From Spirochaetales bacterium (GTDB lineage: Bacteria; Spirochaetota; Spirochaetia; Sphaerochaetales; Sphaerochaetaceae): a DNA stretch of 64,000 nt. The stretch's first letter is position 1; each line of letters starts with the position of its first letter. Made by a program: the position numbers and the translations under genes. The DNA lies in NCBI GenBank assembly GCA_022788185.1, contig JALEVV010000018.1:3625-67624 (forward strand), written 5' to 3'. Below the pieces are notes generated by a model that saw only the letters and a list, made by a program, of their open reading frames with translations, ran no database searches and was not told where the DNA came from. Shown here one piece after another: positions 26,037 to 34,908 of the stretch.

Positions 26037-27641
26037 TCAGAGCTGAGGGCCTGCTGCAACAAGGGCCTTGCCCTTTTCGTTGCCTTCGTACTTGCTGAAG
26101 TTCTTGATGAACCTTCCGGCAAGATCCTTTGCTTTCTCTTCCCAGAGGGAAGGATCGGAATAGGTGTTCCTCGGATCGAGGATTGTGGGATCGACGCCAG
26201 GGAGGGAAGTCGGGACTTCGAAACCGAAGTACGGGATCTTCTTTGTTTCGGACTTCTGGATATCGCCTGAGAGAATTGCATCTATGATTCCCCTGGTGTC
26301 CTTAATGGAAATTCTCTTTCCGGTACCGTTCCAGCCTGTGTTTACAAGGTATGCCTTGGCACCGCTCTTTTCCATCTTCTTCACCAGCTCCTCCGCGTAC
26401 TTTGTGGGGTGGAGCTCAAGGAAGGCCTGGCCGAAGCATGCACTGAAGGTCGGTGTAGGCTCCGTGATTCCTCTTTCAGTTCCGGCAAGCTTTGCCGTGA
26501 AGCCTGAGAGGAAGTAGTACTGGGTCTGCTCCGGTGTCAGGATGGATACGGGAGGAAGGACTCCGAAGGCATCGGCGGAAAGGAAGATGACGTTCTTTGC
26601 AGCCGGTGCGGAGGAAACGGGACGCACGATGTTCTTAATGTGGTTGATCGGGTAGGATACTCTGGTATTCTCGGTCACGCTGCTGTCGGCAAAGTCGATC
26701 CTGCCATCCTCATCCAGGGTGACGTTCTCAAGCAGGGCATCCCTTCTGATGGCGTTGTAGATGTCCGGTTCGCTCTCCTTATCCAGGTTGATGACCTTTG
26801 CATAGCAGCCGCCTTCGAAGTTGAAGACACCGTTGTCATCCCAGCCGTGTTCATCATCACCGATGAGAAGTCTCTTCGGATCGGTGGAAAGGGTGGTTTT
26901 GCCCGTTCCGGAAAGGCCGAAGAAGATTGCGGTGTTCTTACCGTCCATATCGGTGTTGGCGGAGCAGTGCATGGAGGCGATTCCCTTAAGGGGCAGGTAG
27001 TAGTTCATCATTGAGAACATGCCCTTCTTCATCTCACCGCCGTACCAGGTATTGATGATTACCTGTTCACGGGACGTGATGTTGAATGCAACGGCAGTCT
27101 CACTGTTGAGACCCATTTCCTTATAGTTCTCAACCTTTGCCTTTGAAGCGTTGTAAACGATGAAGTCCGGTGTGAAGTTCTCCAGTTCCTCAGCCGTGGG
27201 GCGGATGAACATGTTGGTGACGAAGTGTGCCTGCCATGCGACCTCAACGATGAACCTGATGGCCATGCGGGTGTCCTTGTTTGCACCGCAGAAGGCATCG
27301 ACCACATAGAGCTTCTTGCCTGAAAGCTCCTTTACGGCGATTTCCTTAAGCTTTTTCCAGTTCTCCTCTGAAAGGGGATGGTTGTCGTTTTTGTACTCAG
27401 GAGTCGTCCACCATACCGTGTCTTTTGAGTTTTCATCCATTACGATGTACTTGTCCTTGGGTGAACGTCCTGTGTAGATGCCGGTCATTACGTTGACGGC
27501 TCCGAGTTCGCTGACCTGACCCTTGTCGTAACCTGTCAGTCTTCTGTCAGTCTCCTCCTTATAGAGAAAGTCATAGGAGGGGTTGTGAATGATCTCCGGT
27601 GTTCCGGTGATCCCGTAATCAGATAATACAATCTTTGCCAT
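26037..27641 (-). CDS. pckA: Phosphoenolpyruvate carboxykinase (ATP)
   Basis: [24 protein letters not shown] (kinase-1a) and IGDDEHGW are ATP-PEPCK signatures. ATG 27641 (MAKIVL...) follows GAGG. The track starts 4 codons earlier at a GTG. Confidence 0.95.
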   Translation of the reverse strand: MAKIVLSDYGITGTPEIIHNPSYDFLYKEETDRRLTGYDKGQVSELGAVNVMTGIYTGRSPKDKYIVMDENSKDTVWWTTPEYKNDNHPLSEENWKKLKEIAVKELSGKKLYVVDAFCGANKDTRMAIRFIVEVAWQAHFVTNMFIRPTAEELENFTPDFIVYNASKAKVENYKEMGLNSETAVAFNITSREQVIINTWYGGEMKKGMFSMMNYYLPLKGIASMHCSANTDMDGKNTAIFFGLSGTGKTTLSTDPKRLLIGDDEHGWDDNGVFNFEGGCYAKVINLDKESEPDIYNAIRRDALLENVTLDEDGRIDFADSSVTENTRVSYPINHIKNIVRPVSSAPAAKNVIFLSADAFGVLPPVSILTPEQTQYYFLSGFTAKLAGTERGITEPTPTFSACFGQAFLELHPTKYAEELVKKMEKSGAKAYLVNTGWNGTGKRISIKDTRGIIDAILSGDIQKSETKKIPYFGFEVPTSLPGVDPTILDPRNTYSDPSLWEEKAKDLAGRFIKNFSKYEGNEKGKALVAAGPQL

Positions 27642-27915
27642 ATCTAACCTCACTTGCCGCTAAATTTGATAACATATTCCGAAAGTGACAAGTGACTGAG
27701 GGGAAAAATACATCAGTTTTTCACAATTGCATCGAAGTGATAGGCGGGACCACCTGACTCTGTGTGCTCCGTTCTTCACACCATATGCTGTCACAGTCAG
27801 GTGCAATGCCATTTATCTTTTTCCTGAACTCATCGGATGAGAACTTTATCAAATAATGTTATGTCTCAATGTCGCTTGTTAATGATGATTCAGACAGCTT
27901 ATCGGTAATAATCAG

Positions 27916-28728
27916 TCAAAAGATGGCGTTCTTTCTGAAAACCCTTTCAAATGCATCGTAGTTTGATGTATCGCCTGGGCAGAAGACCGGAACCTCAATG
28001 GTGTCGAACCAGGTGCGGACAGTTTTCAGGACCTCGCAGGTGGCGGCGGCTACGATCATGGGATCATTTCCGAATACCCCGCAACCGAAGGCTCCTAGCA
28101 CGACGGTATCGGCACCGTTTTCGTATGCGGCTGCAAGGACCTTTCCGATCCTGATCCTGAAAATCCCGGCAGTATCCAGCGCTTCCGGGTTCCTGACCCT
28201 TCTCAGATTGGGGGCCGCCATCGTTATCACATCGGACTGAAAGCGGAGGGTTTCAGGAAGAATTTCCATGCACGCATCATCACGCCTGACGATCGTGACG
28301 CCGGGAGTGTATATCATGTCATCATTGTAGGTGCCGTCACATTTCATGTTCCTGTGGGGAAGGTAGAACCCTCTCATCATCCGCTCATCCCGGAGGCAGG
28401 GGTAGAGATTCGATATCATGCATAATGATTCTTCCTGGGCGGAAGCTCCCTTCTCAACACCGCCTCCCGGGTTAATCCATGATGCAAAGTTAAGCACGGC
28501 AGTATGATGTCCCGGATGTCGCATGGCAGCCTGAAAGGAGCGGTCCATGGAAAGCCTGACGGTCCCGCTTCTTCCCGGAGAAGGTTCATCTCGCTCCTGA
28601 AGCGGTGTCACTGCTCTGATGATGCACTGCCTTCTGACAGAGTCTTCAGTATTTTCAGAAAGATATGCATCCCTGCTGAACAGTTCCATGGTGGATTCGA
28701 AAACCTCTATCCTTTCTGCTCTTGTCAT
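27916..28728 (-). CDS. Macro-domain protein of the TIGR02452 (microbial PARG-like/DUF2263) type
   Basis: VLNFASWINPGGGVEKGASAQEESLCMISNLY and VVLGAFGCGVFGNDP are characteristic. I use the internal start ATG 28728 (MTRAERIE...). The track's N-terminal extension to 28896 overlaps the upstream gene by 158 nt and is compositionally odd. Confidence 0.8.
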   Translation of the reverse strand: MTRAERIEVFESTMELFSRDAYLSENTEDSVRRQCIIRAVTPLQERDEPSPGRSGTVRLSMDRSFQAAMRHPGHHTAVLNFASWINPGGGVEKGASAQEESLCMISNLYPCLRDERMMRGFYLPHRNMKCDGTYNDDMIYTPGVTIVRRDDACMEILPETLRFQSDVITMAAPNLRRVRNPEALDTAGIFRIRIGKVLAAAYENGADTVVLGAFGCGVFGNDPMIVAAATCEVLKTVRTWFDTIEVPVFCPGDTSNYDAFERVFRKNAIF

Positions 28729-28738
28729 GCTAAAGCCT

Positions 28739-29473
28739 CTAACCTGACTGCCAGACCTCACCGGTGTCGATGTCCATAACGGATATGAGGCCGTCACTCT
28801 TTGCGGATCCTGTGTCCATGTCGGTAAGTCGGTAGTACTTTGATGTGAATACCTTCCCGTCGGTCGGTGTGTGCCCGACGAAGAGCTTCCTGTCATCCCT
28901 GATGGGAGGAAGCATTTCCTGGGTCACGGTGGCGGTTTTCTCATACTTCACCGCGGACATCAGGTAGCCGCGGTCCCAGGTTACCTTCCTGTGCGGGCTG
29001 AACTGGGATGTGAGGATGAGATCATCGGCGGTTATCTCGGTAAGCTTTTCAATCGGAGTGTCGATGAGCTCTGCGGGAATTCCCCCGTGGACGATGATGA
29101 AATCATCCTCTGCAATGGCAAGACGTGCCTTTGACAGCATCGCTCTTATCCTGAGTTTATAGGAGTAGTCCCTGTCGGAGAGGGCCAGGACGGTTATGCT
29201 TCCGCCGTTGTACTTCACCCAGTTCCTGAAGCTGTCATCCCTGATCCCGAGTTTCAGGTATTCGTAGAGCCAGAGATCGTGGTTGCCGAGCACGGGATAA
29301 AAGCGGGGAAGGGAGAGCAGGTAGTCGAAGGTCTCACAGACCTCGCTGCCCCTGTCTGCCAGATCACCTGTCGAGTAAAGCACATCCTCATCCTTTCTGA
29401 AGCCTGCCCTGTCCAGGGCCTTCCTGAGCTTCGTGTACGATGAATGTATGTCTCCCGTGATCAGCCGTCTCAT
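28739..29473 (-). CDS. Calcineurin-like metallophosphoesterase (PrpA/ApaH/lambda-phosphatase-like)
   Basis: GDIHSSY, GDLADRGSE, GNHD and VHGG are the ordered metallophosphatase motifs. 244 aa. Confidence 0.85.
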   Translation of the reverse strand: MRRLITGDIHSSYTKLRKALDRAGFRKDEDVLYSTGDLADRGSEVCETFDYLLSLPRFYPVLGNHDLWLYEYLKLGIRDDSFRNWVKYNGGSITVLALSDRDYSYKLRIRAMLSKARLAIAEDDFIIVHGGIPAELIDTPIEKLTEITADDLILTSQFSPHRKVTWDRGYLMSAVKYEKTATVTQEMLPPIRDDRKLFVGHTPTDGKVFTSKYYRLTDMDTGSAKSDGLISVMDIDTGEVWQSG

Positions 29474-29530
29474 GGGTAAGTATTATACAGATATGCGATG
29501 CGGCGGTTAACCTGTTTTTGTTAAATTGAA

Positions 29531-29567
29531 TGGAAAAGTGATGCCTGTCGGAATTGACAGGCATCAT
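29531..29567 (-). terminator. Rho-independent terminator (minus strand)
   Basis: ATGATGCCTGTC-loop-GACAGGCATCAC followed by TTTTCC on the minus strand, 10 nt after the stop of the interrupted small ORF at 29577..29795. Confidence 0.65.
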
Positions 29568-29949
29568 GGGACAGGATCATTCTTCCTCAATCGTTATCGT
29601 TCCGACCGGATTGAAATCTTTGTAGGTCTCTGCCTTTCCGTTCACTGAAAGGGACTTTTCAGATCCGCATTCAAGAGTTCAGTAGCCAGGATTGGAGAAG
29701 CTCCAGTCAGTGCTGTTCAATACCGGCTCAGACGATTCGAATCTTGCTGCAAAGGCCTCAAGGGATCCTTCCTTATGAAGGGAGGAGCATCTCATCAGTC
29801 AGAGGCAGTTCCTGCCTTCACTGACGAGTTCCCTGTCGCTGTTGGGGCCTTCATCCGTATCCTGTGGAGGGCCAGATGTTCCTTCTTTTTACCAAGAAAC
29901 GGATAATTATATACGATTGCCATCCTGGTAGCATGAATAATGGATGCTG

Positions 29950-29975
29950 CCCATCCGCAGGATCCTGCGGATGGG
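29950..29975 (-). terminator. Perfect 26-nt palindromic hairpin just downstream of mgtE (terminator-like, no U-tract)
   Basis: CCCATCCGCAGGATCCTGCGGATGGG starts 8 nt after the mgtE stop. The lack of a following T-run lowers confidence. Confidence 0.45.
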
Positions 29976-29983
29976 GGCATTAC

Positions 29984-31345
29984 TCAGAGTCCCGCTGCCT
30001 TTATGAGGAGTGCCCAGGCAAGACCGTAATAAAGCACGATGGCAACCAGGTCATTGACAGTCGTGATGAGCGGTCCGGAGGCAACTGCGGGGTCGATGCC
30101 GAGCTTCCTGAACATCATGGGAACCGCAGAGCCGACCACTCCTGAAAGCGTTACCGCCGCAAAGAGGGCAAGGGAAGTGCACGTGGCAAAGAGTACGGCA
30201 TTGAGGAAGGGGTATGATTTTACCGTGAAGAGGAATGCAGTCACGAATAAAAGGGACAGGACGGCCAGTGCCAATCCGTTTGCAAATCCTATTCGTGCTT
30301 CCTTGAGCATGAATTTCAGCCGGTCCCTGACGCTGAGTTTTTCGTCCATCAGTACCCTGATGGTGACGGCAAGCGACTGGGTGCCCGCATTTCCCGCCAT
30401 GTCCAGTATCAAAGACTGGAAACTCACGATTACGGCCAGATGGGCTACCACCTGCTCAAATGCACCCACCACGGAGGAAACAACCATGCCAAGTCCAAGG
30501 AGTATGACAAGCCAGGGGAGACGCTTCCTGACGCTTACCCCCACGCTTTCCGTAAGCTCCTCCTCTTCGGACAGGCCTCCCAGTTTGGCGTAATCCTCTT
30601 CCAGTTCATCCCCGATAATCCCGGTGATGGCCTGAGAGGTTAGGACACCGCGGAGGTGTCCCTCTCTGTCCAGTACCGGAATTGTATCCTCATTGTACTC
30701 GGCGAGACTTTCAATATCGTCATCGGCATGGACGAATGGGTATCCCTTCATCGTTATGGATGAAAGCGGGGTATCCTCACGGGCCCTGATGAGGTCCTTG
30801 AGGGAGACTGCACCGGCGAAGAGGCCGCGGCTGTCCGTCACGTAGATGTCCATGATGTTGTCACACCCCGCGGCAGCGGAGATGACATGCTTCATTGCCG
30901 CCTTAATCGGGGTTCCTTCGGTGAGGGAGACGTAATCGGAGGTCATCCTGCTTCCGATGCGGTCGGAAGGAAAGGATGATGCATAGCTTACCTCGATTCT
31001 CAGCCTGTCATCCATCAGGGAGAGCAGGGTTTCCCTGTCCGCCTGAGATAGTCCCCTGAGGTATTCGGTCACTTCCGGAGTGTCCAGATGGTCGAGCAGG
31101 GCCAGCCTTGCATTTATTCCCAGCTCCCCGATGAATCTGTCCCGCTCTTCGGTATAGCTGAACACCTCGGCCAGCCTGTCCGGGGTAATCAGGACGTACA
31201 GCTTTGCCCTTTCTTCCTTTGTAAGGACTTCAAGAGCCTGGGCGATGTCGCTCTCATGACAGTTCATGAGACGATCCTGCACCGCTCTCGGTGAGAGGGT
31301 GCCCTTCAGGGTTTCCCTGAGTTCTGAGATGATGAGTTCCTTCAT
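29984..31345 (-). CDS. mgtE: Magnesium transporter MgtE
   Basis: Has an N-terminal MgtE_N-like region, tandem CBS-like segments and a C-terminal TM domain ending ...PLITTVNDLVAIVLYYGLA. ATG 31345 (MKELIIS...) is preceded by AGGAG. The track starts 15 codons earlier. Confidence 0.9.
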   Translation of the reverse strand: MKELIISELRETLKGTLSPRAVQDRLMNCHESDIAQALEVLTKEERAKLYVLITPDRLAEVFSYTEERDRFIGELGINARLALLDHLDTPEVTEYLRGLSQADRETLLSLMDDRLRIEVSYASSFPSDRIGSRMTSDYVSLTEGTPIKAAMKHVISAAAGCDNIMDIYVTDSRGLFAGAVSLKDLIRAREDTPLSSITMKGYPFVHADDDIESLAEYNEDTIPVLDREGHLRGVLTSQAITGIIGDELEEDYAKLGGLSEEEELTESVGVSVRKRLPWLVILLGLGMVVSSVVGAFEQVVAHLAVIVSFQSLILDMAGNAGTQSLAVTIRVLMDEKLSVRDRLKFMLKEARIGFANGLALAVLSLLFVTAFLFTVKSYPFLNAVLFATCTSLALFAAVTLSGVVGSAVPMMFRKLGIDPAVASGPLITTVNDLVAIVLYYGLAWALLIKAAGL

Positions 31346-31394
31346 CACGCTTTCTCCTTTGGCGCAGGAAAATGCGCCATGCAGAGACACATGG

Positions 31395-31562
31395 ATTGAA
31401 GTACGGATTGTGATGACAGGGTAAAGGAATTAAAGGACCGCAGAAGAAAACGCAGTCTTACATAAGTTTACCTTGTCCGATGTACTCCGACTGCTGTCTT
31501 CCATATATCTGCTCCTTTGCTTTTGGTAGTGCATCCGTCTGATGCACCTACCAGCCTATCAC
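31395..31562 (-). promoter_or_regulatory. Probable M-box (ykoK-type) Mg2+ riboswitch in the mgtE leader
   Basis: The minus strand reads ...GGUAGGUGCAUC...CUACCAAAAGCAAAGGAGCAG...UACAUCGGACAAGGUAAAC...GCGGUCCU... These segments parallel the B. subtilis mgtE leader (GUUAGGUGAGGC, CUGCCCAAAAAUGUCCAAAGACGC, AUCAUCGACAUAAGGUGAU, ...CUUGUCCU) as I recall it. The context upstream of mgtE is classic. Not verified with a covariance model. Confidence 0.6.
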
Positions 31563-31618
31563 ATAACTTCTCAGGTGAAAAGTAAAATAATGTGTAGTAT
31601 TGGTGTATAATCTTTTCC

Positions 31619-33547
31619 ATGAACAGACTTAAGACAGAGGATTTTGTGAGCTACACCTACTTATCAGGCGTCAGGCTCACTGAAGATGGCGTTTTCTTCA
31701 TTGCGGCAAAGGCCGATATGGAGAAGAACGGATATGAGAAGAACATTTATACGTTAAACGATAATGGTGTGAGAAAGCTTACTTCGGGCGGACTTGCCGG
31801 TGGTTATCAGGTGCGTGAGGGAAAGGTTTTCTTTGCGGCAAAGAGGAGTGATAAGGAAAAGAATGAAGCCGAAAAGACCTTCATTTACTCCCTTCCCCTT
31901 GACGGCGGGGAAGCAGATTGTGCATATACCCTCGACGGAGCTGTCGGTAAGTTTGATTTCGCCTCCGACGGGACCATCGTTGCCCTTAAGGGGGTGGACA
32001 CAAGGCTTGACGGACTGACAGGTGAGGAAAGGACAAAGCAGGCGAAGGAGCTCGAGGGATATGAGGACATTTCCGAGATGGGCTTTTACCTTAACGGGGA
32101 AGGATACACTGCGGGACGCCGTACCAGACTGTGCTTTTATAAGGACGAAGTACTTAAGGAAGTATTTTCAGATGGCTTCAATGCCTATGATTTCACCCTC
32201 TCTCCCGACAGGACGAAGCTGGTTGTTTCCGGCCAGGTAAGGACCGGAGTCAGGGAGCAGCTCTTTGCAGAGGTAAGGGAGGTGAACATATCCACAGGTG
32301 AATGGAAGACGGTTCTGGAGGACGGACACATATCAGTAGAGGCTGTTTATCACCTTGGGGATGGGATTGTTGCCGTCGGTTCTCCTTTTGATAAGTACGG
32401 TCTCAACCAGAATCCTGATTTCTTCAGAGTGGAAAGCGGAAAGCCGGTACTTCTCAGGAAGTGGGGAGAGGCAATAGGCAACAGCGTTGGTACCGATGTC
32501 CGCCTCGGAGGAGGACCTGCCGTACAGAGGGACGGCGGCTATCTGTACTTTATCTCAACAGAGGAGTACATGTCCAATATCTTCAGGATCGATGCTGAAG
32601 GCACTGTGGAAAGAGTCACCTCGCTGGACGGTAGTGTCGACTCCTTTGCAGTGAATAATGGAAGGGTTGTGTTTGCCGGTCTGCAGGGACAGCACCTTCA
32701 GGAGCTTTATGATGAGAAAGGTAACGCCCTAACACACATGAACGAAGAAGCCCTGAAGGATAAATATGTGGCACTTCCTGAGGAAGTTACCTTTGAAAAC
32801 GACGGTATCCCATTTAAGGGCTGGGTCTTAAAGCCGTATGGTTATGAAGAGGGCAGGAAATATCCTGCGATTCTCGACATTCACGGCGGACCCAAGACCG
32901 TATACGGGAAGGTCTTTATGCATGAGATGCAGCTCTGGGCCAGTAAAGGGTACTTCGTCTTCTGGACCAATCCGAGGGGTGCTGACGGAAGGGGTGATGA
33001 GTTTGCGGACATCAGGGGAAAGTACGGAACGATCGACTTTGATGATCTCATGGTTTTCACCGATAAGGTGCTGGAGCTCTATCCCGACATAGACAGGACG
33101 AGAGTAGGTGAGACGGGAGGCAGTTACGGCGGTTTCATGTCCAACTGGATTCTCGGCCACAGTGACCGTTTTGCGGCCATAGCGACTCAGCGCTCGATCG
33201 TGAACTGGGTGGCATTCTGGGGAACAAGCGATATCGGTCCTTACTTTGTCACGGACCTGTGTGCTGCCGGTATTGATGAGCCGGAAAAGCTCTGGGAAAG
33301 ATCTCCGATGAAGGCGATCATAACAAATGCGTCAACTCCTACTCTCATCATCCATTCCGATAAGGATTACCGGTGCCCTGTAAGTGAAGGCTATCAGCTG
33401 TTTAACCTCCTTGCCGATAAAGGGGTGGATACCAAACTCGTGCTCTTCCATGATGAGAATCATGATCTATCCAGAAGCGGGAAGCCTAAGAACAGGATTA
33501 AGCGTCTTTCTGAGATCACTAAGTGGTTTGAAAAGTATCTGAAGTAG
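31619..33547 (+). CDS. S9-family serine peptidase (prolyl oligopeptidase/acylaminoacyl-peptidase-like)
   Basis: 642 aa. N-terminal beta-propeller-like region. C-terminal alpha/beta hydrolase with GGSYGGFM (nucleophile elbow) and later ...HSDKDYRCP... and ...HDENHDL... Confidence 0.85.
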   Translation: MNRLKTEDFVSYTYLSGVRLTEDGVFFIAAKADMEKNGYEKNIYTLNDNGVRKLTSGGLAGGYQVREGKVFFAAKRSDKEKNEAEKTFIYSLPLDGGEADCAYTLDGAVGKFDFASDGTIVALKGVDTRLDGLTGEERTKQAKELEGYEDISEMGFYLNGEGYTAGRRTRLCFYKDEVLKEVFSDGFNAYDFTLSPDRTKLVVSGQVRTGVREQLFAEVREVNISTGEWKTVLEDGHISVEAVYHLGDGIVAVGSPFDKYGLNQNPDFFRVESGKPVLLRKWGEAIGNSVGTDVRLGGGPAVQRDGGYLYFISTEEYMSNIFRIDAEGTVERVTSLDGSVDSFAVNNGRVVFAGLQGQHLQELYDEKGNALTHMNEEALKDKYVALPEEVTFENDGIPFKGWVLKPYGYEEGRKYPAILDIHGGPKTVYGKVFMHEMQLWASKGYFVFWTNPRGADGRGDEFADIRGKYGTIDFDDLMVFTDKVLELYPDIDRTRVGETGGSYGGFMSNWILGHSDRFAAIATQRSIVNWVAFWGTSDIGPYFVTDLCAAGIDEPEKLWERSPMKAIITNASTPTLIIHSDKDYRCPVSEGYQLFNLLADKGVDTKLVLFHDENHDLSRSGKPKNRIKRLSEITKWFEKYLK

Positions 33548-33559
33548 TCCTGTATGCAT

Positions 33560-33584
33560 TGAGACCTCCAGTAAGGAGGTCTCA
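33560..33584. terminator. Bidirectional hairpin between the convergent peptidase and GH88 genes
   Basis: TGAGACCTCC-AGTAA-GGAGGTCTCA, a perfect 10-bp stem, between the stops at 33547 and 33620. Confidence 0.55.
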
Positions 33585-33619
33585 CATCAATATATGGAAT
33601 TATTGCATTCCTACGGAAT

Positions 33620-34768
33620 TTACCAGAACATCACATCCTTTCCCTCAAGCTTCATGAGTGCTTCGAGGTAGTAGTAATCGGCATAGACGAAGTTGACTTC
33701 CCTGTCATTCGGTCCGTTGTATGAGCCTGTGCAGCGCTGGATTATTCCGTCATGGGCGGGATCGAAATCCGCTCTCGCCTTCGTGAGTGTTTCAAGCAGC
33801 TTTTCGGCTGTTTTCCTGTAGCCTTTGCCGGGAACATGGCGGTCAAGCTCGATAAGGCCGCACGCAATGATCGCGGAGGCGGTGGAGTCCTCGAAGGAAA
33901 GGTTTTCATCCTGATCGAAATCGACGGGTATGAGGTATGACTTAGGGATTACTGAAATTACATGGTCCGCGATTTTTACCGCGGCATCGAGGAAATCCTT
34001 CCTCTTTGTGTGTGCATAGCTGTTTGCGAAGCCGTAGATGCCCCAGCTCTGGCCTCTTGTCCAGGATGAGCCCTGCTTCATGCCCTGGCCTCCGTAATCA
34101 CGGACAAAACCGCCCTTATCGGCATCGAATTCAACGATGTGCCTTACAGATCCGTCATCCCTGATGAAGGCATTCATGACTGTCGTTGCATGACGCTCTG
34201 CGATATGGGCGAATCTCGGGTCCCCCGTTACCTTGGTGGCCCAGTAGAGGATTGAGATATTCATCATGCTGTCGATGATGACCCAGCCCCTGTTTGAGCT
34301 TTCACCGGGGGTAATGTCGTTCCATGCCCTGATGAACTCACCTGCCGGATTGTATCTTCCGGCCAATAGCTGTGCGGCAAGAAGGCCCCTGCGCTTCGCT
34401 TCCTCATCACCTGTCATGATGAAGTCTGCAACTGCGGTGGGAAGCCACATGAAGCCCACGTCATGGTGAAGGCCTGTATAGTACTCTGAAAGGAAGCAGG
34501 TATCCATGAGGCGTCTTGAAGCCCTGGCCTCATCAAGATATTCCTTCTTCCCTGTCAGTGCGTAAAGCTGATTGTATATGCCGCCCCAGAAACCGTTAGT
34601 CCACCAGGCGGGACCATTGTCTATCGTCCAGCTGACGGAGAGATCGGCCCTGTTGTCATAAATCCCGTCCTTAGCGACCGCGGGAAGCTTGCCTGAGTGC
34701 TTTTCAAGGGCAGCTTTGAATTTTTCCTCTATGAGGGAGAGTGTTTCAGATATATCCTTTTTTTCCAT
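33620..34768 (-). CDS. Glycoside hydrolase family 88-like unsaturated glucuronyl/galacturonyl hydrolase
   Basis: 382 aa. WWTNGFWGG, HHDVGFMW and QSWGIYGF fit the GH88/GH105 (alpha/alpha)6 family pattern. Confidence 0.7.
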   Translation of the reverse strand: MEKKDISETLSLIEEKFKAALEKHSGKLPAVAKDGIYDNRADLSVSWTIDNGPAWWTNGFWGGIYNQLYALTGKKEYLDEARASRRLMDTCFLSEYYTGLHHDVGFMWLPTAVADFIMTGDEEAKRRGLLAAQLLAGRYNPAGEFIRAWNDITPGESSNRGWVIIDSMMNISILYWATKVTGDPRFAHIAERHATTVMNAFIRDDGSVRHIVEFDADKGGFVRDYGGQGMKQGSSWTRGQSWGIYGFANSYAHTKRKDFLDAAVKIADHVISVIPKSYLIPVDFDQDENLSFEDSTASAIIACGLIELDRHVPGKGYRKTAEKLLETLTKARADFDPAHDGIIQRCTGSYNGPNDREVNFVYADYYYLEALMKLEGKDVMFW

Positions 34769-34908
34769 ATCATCCTCCGGATAATATTTTCCCCATCCCC
34801 GGACTGTTCACGCAATCGTTTGTTTTTTAGCTTTGCTTCGGGTTTTTTAACAATTGATTGCACTTACCGGCGGCGGGATGGTTAAATCGTAGGAAACAAG
34901 GAGGAAGA

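Noticed and set aside
27916-28896. Long (326-aa) version of the macro-domain ORF
   Set aside because: Its first 56 codons overlap the metallophosphoesterase gene by 158 nt and encode a Ser/Thr/Pro-rich stretch. The internal ATG 28728 lies 10 nt after the upstream stop and begins the conserved domain.
29795-29980. 61-aa minus-strand ORF downstream of mgtE
   Set aside because: It starts inside the palindromic terminator-like hairpin, has no RBS and has an implausible sequence.
30039-30593. 184-aa plus-strand ORF
   Set aside because: It is antisense to mgtE.
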